A program made the translations under genes and the position numbers. The notes under the pieces are model-generated. The model worked only from the letters and a program-made list of their open reading frames with translations. It was not told where the DNA came from and did no database searches. DNA of 24,387 nt from an uncultured Acidimicrobiaceae bacterium (GTDB lineage: Bacteria > Actinomycetota > Acidimicrobiia > Acidimicrobiales > SZUA-35). The stretch is taken from positions 1 through 24,387 of the forward strand of contig CAZKEM010000046.1 of NCBI GenBank assembly GCA_964551835.1, given 5' to 3'. The first letter of the stretch is position 1. Every line of letters begins with the position of its first letter. Below, one piece after another: positions 7,863-15,568 of this stretch.

Positions 7863-8657
7863 TTGGTTGATGATTTCTACAGCTCTCCTCTTGTCATAAA
7901 GACGTATGATCTTTTGACTGAGCAGGCCAATCAGCAAATTTGTGGTGATGTCGCCCTTTATCTTGATTGCGCTAAGCGTTTTGGTGAACCGGTCCTGGAG
8001 CTTGGAGTTGGCACGGGTCGCATTGGGTGGGCATTGGCAGAGGCAGGCTATGAGGTCACTGGCATTGATCGCTCGAAGAGCATGCTCGAGGCCGCCAAGT
8101 ATAAAGGTGAAGGGCAAGATGACGAGACCCGAATGCGTCTCAACCTCTTGGAGGCCGACATCACATCATTTGATATTGCTCGGATCTTCTCCCTGGCCCT
8201 TGTGCCGTTCAGCACCTTCCAGCATCTGACATTGCCACAGCAACAGCGAGCTTGCTTAGAAACAATCCATCGCCATCTCGATACCGATGGCCGACTCGTT
8301 ATTGATGTCTTCGACCCTGTCTTAGACGCCTGCGTGAGCGGAGCTGAAACCCCAAATCCCGATAGGGAAGTAATAGAGCCGGAAAGTGGTCATAAGTTTC
8401 GGCGGCGCAGCATCCACCGCGTTAACGAACCCTTTAGTCAGTCGTTCACAGAGACGTTTCTTGTGGAGCTGGTCGACGAATCGGAAAGACTGATAGAGCG
8501 TGTAGAAGCAATCCATAACCTGCGTTGGGCAACACGTCAGGAGATGATCTATCTATTTGAGCTTTGCGGCTTTAAAGTCGACGAAGAATATTCGGACTTC
8601 GATAACGGCGCACCCGCCTATGGCAAACGACAAATCTGGATCGTCAAGCCCGTCTAA
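7863..8657 (+). CDS. class I SAM-dependent methyltransferase, 264 aa
   Basis: Motif I VLELGVGTGRIG; acidic motif II LLEADITSF; motif III DGRLVIDVF. TTG start with AGGGAG 8 nt upstream. Confidence 0.85.
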   Translation: MVDDFYSSPLVIKTYDLLTEQANQQICGDVALYLDCAKRFGEPVLELGVGTGRIGWALAEAGYEVTGIDRSKSMLEAAKYKGEGQDDETRMRLNLLEADITSFDIARIFSLALVPFSTFQHLTLPQQQRACLETIHRHLDTDGRLVIDVFDPVLDACVSGAETPNPDREVIEPESGHKFRRRSIHRVNEPFSQSFTETFLVELVDESERLIERVEAIHNLRWATRQEMIYLFELCGFKVDEEYSDFDNGAPAYGKRQIWIVKPV

Positions 8658-8766
8658 GGGTCGAGATGTCGGGGGTTCGATTCGGAATCAAGCTAAGCTA
8701 ACAGGCGTTTCTACGCGGTTGGTTCGACGCCCGTCTATCGCTTGGCCGGACCAGTCAAGGTGATGG

Positions 8767-9327
8767 TTATGCGTTGGCTGGCTTTTCCCAAGCCTGTGGC
8801 ACAAATGCGTCGTCTTTTGGAGTTTCAGCGATGCTATTTGTGTAGTTCGAGATGACCTTCTGGGCAACGCCGACGAGGACCTCCAGAACGTGCTGCTTGG
8901 TGTATCCGGCAGCGAGAAACGCGTCGGTTGCTGCATCGCCGACCGCACCATTGTTCTGGACGACCGACCGGACGAAGGTAGCGAGGGCGTTCAGTTTTGG
9001 GTCGGCAATTGCAGTGCCAGCCCTAAGCGACTCTACGACGTCGGCAGGTACGCCCGTCATGTTCGAGATCGTCGAGTGAGCGGCCATGCAGTAGGTGCAA
9101 TTGTTCTCGAAGCTAGTCGTCATCAGAATGATCTGCTGTTCGGTGCCATCGAAGGCGGTCTCGCCGACCGATCCGGCAATCGTCGTGTAGGCCTTGAGCG
9201 CCACTGGGCTTTCCGCTAGAACACCAAGAAGATTTGGTGTGAAGCCATACTTGGCGGCGGCATCTTCGAGGATAGCCTTCGACCCTTCGGGTGCGGTTTC
9301 GGTGGTGTGAATAGCGAAATATGGCAT
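8767..9327 (-). CDS. carboxymuconolactone decarboxylase (AhpD-like) family protein, about 186 aa
   Basis: CMD/AhpD motif NNCTYCMAAH (CxxxH). I place the start at ATG 9327 (MPYFAIHTTE), not at the ORF-track start 9378. Confidence 0.75.
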   Translation of the reverse strand: MPYFAIHTTETAPEGSKAILEDAAAKYGFTPNLLGVLAESPVALKAYTTIAGSVGETAFDGTEQQIILMTTSFENNCTYCMAAHSTISNMTGVPADVVESLRAGTAIADPKLNALATFVRSVVQNNGAVGDAATDAFLAAGYTKQHVLEVLVGVAQKVISNYTNSIAETPKDDAFVPQAWEKPANA

Positions 9328-9517
9328 GGAAATAGTCTCTCTTCTAAAGTCAAGGTCGTGGGTGAATCCAGTCGACATAGAAGTGAACCCAAGTAAGAGC
9401 CGGACTTATTCCGTGCCGTATTTTGCTTCAGGGATTGTGGCCAGGGGCTCGAGTCGAACGCCCGGTACAACGTGAAGTTCGAGTACGAGGTCGTAGTATA
9501 TGTCAGCCGCCTCGTCA

Positions 9518-11254
9518 CTACTCGGCATCACGCCTAAGCGGTGCGCAATTCTCGGCTGCGGCCACGCGAGCCTGGCTTCTGCCGTAGTTCCATCCAAGTA
9601 GTCCGTACTCGGCCTTGACCTGTCGCTTAGCCGAGCAATATTCTTCGATGTGAGTACTGCTTGACCAGCGAGACTTTTCGTCGAACCGGTCGAGGTTAGC
9701 CACGATGACCGGTGTGGCATCGCTGGACAGGTTAAGAAGGTAGTCCTGGTCGAGAGCGACGATGGTGGTGTCTCGGCTGAGGTTTGTCGATGCGACGAAG
9801 TGGTCTGGGTTCGATAATCCAAACAGAATCAACATGGCACACCCGAAGGCCTGCACCAAAGGGATTGGTCGAGGAGTCCGGCGGGTGAAGCCAAACAGCG
9901 AGGACTCGGGCAGTATCGCCCGTTTACTGACGATAAGTAACGTGCCGAACAACCAGACGAGGAACCACGACACTGACAGCCTCGTACCGGTTAGTCCGAA
10001 CGAACCGATATAGAGGTTCATTTTCGACAACGCCACCGCGGTCAACGCCATGGTTTCGATAGTCAGAACGCCGACGGCGACCTTACTCCACGGCGATCCG
10101 TTTGTGGTCGACCGTTTGAAGAACCGCCCAGCGATTGCGATGACCGCCACAACAATTGCTGCCACCGCTACGAGTTGGAAGAAACCTTCCCGCGCATAGT
10201 CGGCCCTCGTTAAACCCGCGGTGCGGAAGATGATGTCGTCTCCTTCGGAAATGACGACTAGTTGGACGGCGCACCAGGCGGTCAGAGTCGCAACAAGGCC
10301 AGCAAACACTAGAAGTAGCTCAAGCGGAAATGGCCTAGCTTCGTCTGAAATCTCTTCGGCAAGTGGTTTAACCGCAGCAGACTCCGGGCGGGTTACGCTG
10401 ATTACCAGCCCGACCAAGAATGGGAAGAAGACAGCGATAACGATCACGTGGCCGACCGACGACCCGGGTGATTCGACGCTTGGAATTAGCGAGGCGAAAA
10501 TTGCGTCCCCGCTAGCGAGTAAGGCAATGACTGGTACCGTGATAGTCGCCGCGAGAGCGACACCTCGAAGCAACCTGAGCAAGTTCGGTCCGTTTCGAGA
10601 CACGTCGGCGGTTTGGGACCACGAGAACACAAGCCAGCTTGGGAACCGGAAGATGTCCATCAAATAATGACCGAACGAGGTCACCTGTTGAATCGTGCTC
10701 TTCGAAGGCAGGTCGACCGACGCTGAGAACAACAAAGCCAGAATCATGATCCAGGTTGGGACCGTGACCACCAAGGCTGACCGAAGAACAATATTTATGC
10801 CAGCGGCTACGGCCAGAGCCGCAGATGTAGCAGCGGTTGAGGTAAGTGTCTGAGCTCGGTGGCGGGCCAACAGTATTGCCGCCGCCGTCAGGACGATTGT
10901 GCCGAAGCCGCTGACCGACGACCAGCTGCTATGCGAGGCGATGTCAAGAAAGATCGCAGCTAGAAGCGGCAAGATGATAAGTAGTGGCGATGCGGGCATC
11001 GAGAACGAAGGTCTGAGCTTTCTCGCAGTCGTGCCCTTTTTGGGTGGCGCAGGCTGTTGAAATAGGAAGGGCGCACGAGTCAGGGCCGGGGATGGGATCC
11101 TCGGATGGCCTGCAGCATCAACCGCATTTTCGGCCGCGATGTTTGGTGTGCCAGCTGGCGTTACCGGGGGCCCCATCTGTGGTGAATTTGGAGGTCCAAA
11201 GACCGGCCGCGGGTCGGGTTCGGGCGTCGTTGAACTAGGGTCGTTATCAGTCAT
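9518..11254 (-). CDS. polytopic integral membrane protein with Pro-rich N-terminal tail, 578 aa. Family unknown; possible accessory component of the adjacent two-component system.
   Basis: The first ~100 aa are Pro/Ala/Thr-rich with no predicted TM segment. At least 10 hydrophobic segments follow, then a ~100-aa soluble C-terminus. AAGGA lies 5 nt before the ATG. The start is 19 nt downstream of the histidine kinase stop, so the two are probably co-transcribed. Confidence 0.75.
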   Translation of the reverse strand: MTDNDPSSTTPEPDPRPVFGPPNSPQMGPPVTPAGTPNIAAENAVDAAGHPRIPSPALTRAPFLFQQPAPPKKGTTARKLRPSFSMPASPLLIILPLLAAIFLDIASHSSWSSVSGFGTIVLTAAAILLARHRAQTLTSTAATSAALAVAAGINIVLRSALVVTVPTWIMILALLFSASVDLPSKSTIQQVTSFGHYLMDIFRFPSWLVFSWSQTADVSRNGPNLLRLLRGVALAATITVPVIALLASGDAIFASLIPSVESPGSSVGHVIVIAVFFPFLVGLVISVTRPESAAVKPLAEEISDEARPFPLELLLVFAGLVATLTAWCAVQLVVISEGDDIIFRTAGLTRADYAREGFFQLVAVAAIVVAVIAIAGRFFKRSTTNGSPWSKVAVGVLTIETMALTAVALSKMNLYIGSFGLTGTRLSVSWFLVWLFGTLLIVSKRAILPESSLFGFTRRTPRPIPLVQAFGCAMLILFGLSNPDHFVASTNLSRDTTIVALDQDYLLNLSSDATPVIVANLDRFDEKSRWSSSTHIEEYCSAKRQVKAEYGLLGWNYGRSQARVAAAENCAPLRRDAE

Positions 11255-11273
11255 AGGTTTCCTTAGCTGCTCG

Positions 11274-12329
11274 TTAGGCCACAGAAGTGGTCAATACGAT
11301 CGGATCTGTTTTGTTGTCGTCGATTCTTTGACGAGGCATGTCGATAACAAAGCATGAACCGTGAGGTTTGTTGGACGAAACTTCGATCGTTCCACCATGT
11401 TGGTCCATAATCTGTTTGCTGATTGCTAAGCCGAGCCCGGCGCCGCCCCCAGAAAGTCGTGACACGCCTTCGGCTTGCCAGAACCGTTCAAAGATCCGTT
11501 CCTGTGATTGTTCGGGAATTCCTGGACCGTTATCGCGCACCGATATTCGAACTCGGTCTCGGTCTTGGGTCGCCACTACGGTCACTTCGTCGCCGTTGTT
11601 CGAGAATCGGCTGGCGTTGCTAATGATGTTCATGACAACTTGTCGGAGTCGGTACCGCTGAGCGTTGACAAGTAAGTGGACTGGGGTGCGGATGACTATC
11701 CGAACGGTCGGGTCGGTGAGCATGACTTCGCTCGACACCTCATGTAGTAAGTCTCCAATATCGACCGGTTCGGTGTGTGAAGTTCGGGTTGAGCCTGCGT
11801 CCAGGCGTGACAGGTCGAGTAGTTGGTTAACTAGTACCGATAGGTTCTCGGCCCGTAGAAGCATCTGTTCAAGCGTTGACCGTTCGGGTTGTTCTACGCC
11901 ATCGACGAGGTTCTCTAACGTCGAGCGCAAGGCGGCGACTGGGGTTCGCAGTTCGTGCGATGCGTTGGCGACGAACTCCTTTTGTAGCCGGTCGGTTTCC
12001 GCCAGTTCGTCGACCATTCGGTCGAACGCCGTCGCGAGCTGGCCTACTTCGTCTCGGCGGGTGATGTCGATTCGTTCGGAGTGGTCGCCGTTGGCCATGT
12101 TGGTCGCGACCACCGCCATTCGACGTAGGGGGGGCGTGAGACCTCGGGCGAGGAACTGAGCCATCATCAGCGCTAGCGCTCCGGCTGCCACGGGCCTAAC
12201 CCAGATGGGCCATCCGAGCGTGAGGCCGAGTTGGCTCATAAAGGCGGTGACCGCTACCGAGGCGACGATGACGATTGAGATTTTGGTTTTGACCGATCGC
12301 ATGTGGTCGAGTGGTTTGAGTCTGTTCAT
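11274..12329 (-). CDS. sensor histidine kinase, HisKA/HATPase_c, intramembrane-sensing type (about 351 aa)
   Basis: Two TM helices separated by a ~7-aa loop (PIWVRPV), then HAMP, H-box SHELRTP, N-box MNIISNASRFS, G1 DNGPGIP and G2 GLGLAIS. ATG at 12329 overlaps the response regulator stop (ATGA). The ORF track extends artificially to 12479. Confidence 0.9.
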   Translation of the reverse strand: MNRLKPLDHMRSVKTKISIVIVASVAVTAFMSQLGLTLGWPIWVRPVAAGALALMMAQFLARGLTPPLRRMAVVATNMANGDHSERIDITRRDEVGQLATAFDRMVDELAETDRLQKEFVANASHELRTPVAALRSTLENLVDGVEQPERSTLEQMLLRAENLSVLVNQLLDLSRLDAGSTRTSHTEPVDIGDLLHEVSSEVMLTDPTVRIVIRTPVHLLVNAQRYRLRQVVMNIISNASRFSNNGDEVTVVATQDRDRVRISVRDNGPGIPEQSQERIFERFWQAEGVSRLSGGGAGLGLAISKQIMDQHGGTIEVSSNKPHGSCFVIDMPRQRIDDNKTDPIVLTTSVA

Positions 12330-13015
12330 CCTTTGATGCCTTCTTCGGTACTGGGCGTAGCTGCGAGTGCGTAGCCGACGCCGTGAACTGTGCGGATTGG
12401 GTTCGTAGAAAATTTGGATCGCAGCGACCTGATATGTGAGTCGACGGTTCGTGTGCCCGACCCGTCTCGGTACCCCCAAACCGTTGCCAACAATTGTTCT
12501 CGGCTTCGCACGCCCCCGGAAGATTCGCAGAGGGCTCGTAGAAGGTCAAATTCGGTGGGGGTGAGGTGGAGTTCTTGGCCGTTTTCGAGAACCCGTCGAG
12601 TGGCTGGTTCGATCGTAATGTCGCCGTGGACGAATGGTTCTCCTTCGACGGCCGCTTCGGCGCGTCTGAGGACGGCCTTGGTGCGTGCCATGAGCTCGCG
12701 GCTGGAGAACGGTTTGGTGATGTAGTCGTCGGCGCCGACACCCAGGCCAACCAACATGTCGGGTTCATCGTCTCGGGCTGTGAGCATTATGACCGGGATC
12801 CGCCGATGGGTGTGGATTCGTCGGCAGACCTCGAGGCCGTCGAACCCGGGCAAGTTGAGGTCGAGGACTACGAGGTCGGGCGCGAGTTTGTTTGCTGCTT
12901 CCACAGCGCTCGGCCCGTCGAAACAAGATTCGACGTCGAACCCTTCGCTGCGGAATCGGTTACTGACTGCACGGTTTATTGTGGGATCGTCTTCCACCAC
13001 CAAAATCAACTGCAT
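12326..13015 (-). CDS. OmpR/PhoB-family response regulator, 229 aa
   Basis: Receiver domain with DD, phospho-accepting D in VVLDLNLPGFDG, T and K (ITKPF). Winged-helix C-terminus LTPTEFDLL...VWGY...RTVDSHIRSLRSKF. Confidence 0.9.
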   Translation of the reverse strand: MQLILVVEDDPTINRAVSNRFRSEGFDVESCFDGPSAVEAANKLAPDLVVLDLNLPGFDGLEVCRRIHTHRRIPVIMLTARDDEPDMLVGLGVGADDYITKPFSSRELMARTKAVLRRAEAAVEGEPFVHGDITIEPATRRVLENGQELHLTPTEFDLLRALCESSGGVRSREQLLATVWGYRDGSGTRTVDSHIRSLRSKFSTNPIRTVHGVGYALAATPSTEEGIKG

Positions 13016-13059
13016 GGCTATACGCTAGAGCATGGTTGTCAGGGTGTTGGTTAGCCCTT

Positions 13060-13077
13060 GTGCAGATTCTGTGCAGG
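13060..13077. promoter_or_regulatory. perfect 7-bp direct repeat with 4-bp spacer, TGTGCAG-ATTC-TGTGCAG (11-bp phasing); candidate OmpR-family binding box
   Basis: Read directly from the sequence. It lies 45-62 nt upstream of the response regulator start codon (13015) in the 104-bp gap between the lipoprotein and regulator genes. The 7-4-7 architecture matches pho-box-type sites. Confidence 0.4.
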
Positions 13078-13119
13078 ACGGTTAACGGTCCGATTATCGT
13101 TGGCGAGAGACGGCAGACC

Positions 13120-15372
13120 CTATGCGACGAGTTCGGCGAGTTTAGTTGTCGGGATCCGCCACAGTCCGACACGGTCTCGGTCTGACCCCATAAACACGAT
13201 TTCGTCGTTGAACTCGACCGCATTCCAAATACTTGTTTTAGACGAGAATTCGTCGGGCTCAAATCCGGTTGGGCCGTCTTCGTTTGTTAGCGCCTCCCAG
13301 GTGTCGCCCTTGTTGAACCAAACTTGACCAACCTCTTTGCCGGTCTCTTCGTCAACGCCAGAGCCAAGAGCAAGACGCATTCCGCCGAGCTCGACCACTT
13401 CGTTGACGTCATCATCTTTTGTGCCGATCTCGACAATCGACCAACTGGACATGTCAGCAGAGGTCGCGACGAGAGAAGTGCCGTCGGGTGTAGAACCCCA
13501 GATGGCCAGTGAATCGCCTACGGATCGGCAGTCTGAGATCGAATCGAATTGATCGAACTGCGGGTCTGCTGGTTGAGCTTGCCAGGACCTACCATCGGCG
13601 GATATCGCAAGTCGAGCGTTGCCGAACTCGTCAACGATCACGGACACCAACGTGTCTCCGACCGAAGCGAAACAGCGGACAGCCGGCCTTGCCCCGGGTA
13701 GTGTAATCCCTTCGATTGGAGCCGGTTCCAGGTCCCCGGTGACGGGAGCGAAGTAGAACTTTAGGGCCTGTGAGCCACCTGCGAAGAAGTCCGCACCGCC
13801 TACTATCGCTGAGCCGTCTTCACGGCTTAATGTCTCGTTGAATTGGCTCCGGGTCGTCTCTTGCCCGGTGGGAAGTTGCTGACGTTCGGAATTGGTGTTG
13901 GGCTGGATTAGTGAACCGCCCCATCCCGCAAGCTCTTCGGACTGGGATGCGATGGTCAGTTGATCGCCGTTGGCGTCGGAGTCCGTAGTTGCGAACCCAC
14001 GTTGGCCGACTGTTGAGCCGCTCCACGGTTCATCAGCCGCTCCGGTCCATGTCTGAGGAGTCGGAACGGTATCCAGGCCAGACTTTACATAGTTGGTGCC
14101 AGTGATCACTAGCTTGCCGTCGATCACATGAATATCGTTTTGCCCAAAAGAATCGTTTGAGACAGGTAACTCAGGGTGTTGTATCGGGCTCCACGACCCG
14201 CTGGTGGACCGAACGAGTTTAGATCCGGATCCGATAAGTAACGAATCTCCTGAAGCGCTGAACACGCTGTCGTCGATTCCCTGCGGAGTAACCCCCGAAC
14301 GGATAAGCCCAGAAAATTCGACTGAGCTTGCGGAATTGGACATGACGATTGGATCTTGAAGGAACGGCTCGCTAATGGAAAAATAGACTCGTTCGCGATC
14401 TAGCGCTATCGATGACAACCCATAACCGCCTTTGACAGTACGTCCCTCTGCGAACGTGATAGTTAGGTCGAAAGAGTCCCAAGCCTCGTTGTCGGCGGTC
14501 CTTGAGAACGCAGCAGGCTCATCGACTTGCTCACTTCGTTGTGCACCAACCGTCACGAGTCGTCCGTCGGGTAGTTGTGAGATATCGGAGAGGTAGCCTT
14601 CGTTGAAGCCGTCCATGGGGGCCGGCTCAGCTACCAGCTGTCCGGAATTCTCAGTCCAGAAAAGCGGCGTAGCCTTGGAGTCCTTTGACTGCCAGCCGAC
14701 GCCAAGTAGAGTCCCATCGTCAAGCGTAATGAGCGAACCAAGTGCCATATCGGTTTCGGTACGATCGCCAATATCGATCTCGACCGATTGCCACGTGTCG
14801 CCACTGCGTCGCCAGACCGCTGGAACGTCATAGTCATCAACTTCGCTAGACCCGCGAAGTACGTTGCCGTCAGGCGAGATGCCGCTGGCGTAAGAATCTC
14901 GACCGGGTACATCAAGCTCTACGAGCTGCCACGTGTCGCCCTCTTTGAACCACACAGCAGCTTTCGATCCCGCTTCGTCGGTCACGCTGCCAACGGCAGT
15001 GACACTAGTTTCTCCCACATGCATTTCGAAAACACGCCCCGAGATGGCACCATTTAGTGGGAGCTCCTCGCGGTTTCCATCGTTTCCGTTCGGAGCGTGA
15101 AGCACAAACGGGACCGATCGCCGCTCGCTGGTCTTGTTCATCGAGCCAGCCACGTACCAGCCAAGCTCGTTGGCGGGGTCGATCAAGCCGGCGTTTATGC
15201 TGGCGTAGTCGTCGGTGATCGTGGTTAACTCGTTGGGCCATGGTTGGACGAGAGGTTCGGACTGCTGCGGGCCTTGCGGCTCCGTTGTGTTATCGGGACT
15301 CGCTTCACTCGAAAAGAACGAACAGCCCGTTGCCAGGAGCGAACAACAAAGAGCAACCACCAATATTCTCAT
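13120..15372 (-). CDS. large secreted lipoprotein with BNR/Ycf48-like beta-propeller repeats, about 750 aa
   Basis: Signal peptide MRILVVALCCSLLATGCS (lipobox LATGC) from ATG 15372, with GAGG 6 nt upstream. Recurrent motifs AAVWFKEGDTWQLVELD, PAVWRRSGDTWQSVEID and GQVWFNKGDTWEALTNE are typical of BNR/Ycf48-type propeller blades. The ORF track extends to a TTG at 15399. Confidence 0.75.
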   Translation of the reverse strand: MRILVVALCCSLLATGCSFFSSEASPDNTTEPQGPQQSEPLVQPWPNELTTITDDYASINAGLIDPANELGWYVAGSMNKTSERRSVPFVLHAPNGNDGNREELPLNGAISGRVFEMHVGETSVTAVGSVTDEAGSKAAVWFKEGDTWQLVELDVPGRDSYASGISPDGNVLRGSSEVDDYDVPAVWRRSGDTWQSVEIDIGDRTETDMALGSLITLDDGTLLGVGWQSKDSKATPLFWTENSGQLVAEPAPMDGFNEGYLSDISQLPDGRLVTVGAQRSEQVDEPAAFSRTADNEAWDSFDLTITFAEGRTVKGGYGLSSIALDRERVYFSISEPFLQDPIVMSNSASSVEFSGLIRSGVTPQGIDDSVFSASGDSLLIGSGSKLVRSTSGSWSPIQHPELPVSNDSFGQNDIHVIDGKLVITGTNYVKSGLDTVPTPQTWTGAADEPWSGSTVGQRGFATTDSDANGDQLTIASQSEELAGWGGSLIQPNTNSERQQLPTGQETTRSQFNETLSREDGSAIVGGADFFAGGSQALKFYFAPVTGDLEPAPIEGITLPGARPAVRCFASVGDTLVSVIVDEFGNARLAISADGRSWQAQPADPQFDQFDSISDCRSVGDSLAIWGSTPDGTSLVATSADMSSWSIVEIGTKDDDVNEVVELGGMRLALGSGVDEETGKEVGQVWFNKGDTWEALTNEDGPTGFEPDEFSSKTSIWNAVEFNDEIVFMGSDRDRVGLWRIPTTKLAELVA

Positions 15373-15397
15373 TTGAACCTCGGAACTATTAGTAAAC

Positions 15398-15460
15398 AAG
15401 CAGTAACGAAACGCTTTTAAAGAGCGTTTGCAGACAATAGCAGTTACTATCAGTAAGCGC
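15398..15460. promoter_or_regulatory. AT-rich divergent control region: 21-nt near-perfect palindrome AAACGCTTTTAAAGAGCGTTT (15409-15429) flanked by CAGTAA-type direct repeats
   Basis: Palindrome with 9 of 10 complementary arm positions. Repeats AGCAGTAAC (15399-15407), AGCAGTTAC (15439-15447) and ATCAGTAAG (15449-15457); the last two are 10 bp apart. It lies 37-57 nt upstream of the lipoprotein ATG and about 110-170 nt upstream of the NfeD-like gene. Confidence 0.4.
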
Positions 15461-15568
15461 CAATTGGCTTCTAGTTATTCGAAATACCTGCTAGGCCGAC
15501 ATAAAGAGAAACAACATATTGACTAAGATCGCAATAACTGGGGCGGTGCCGCAACGAGCTGTTGTTGT

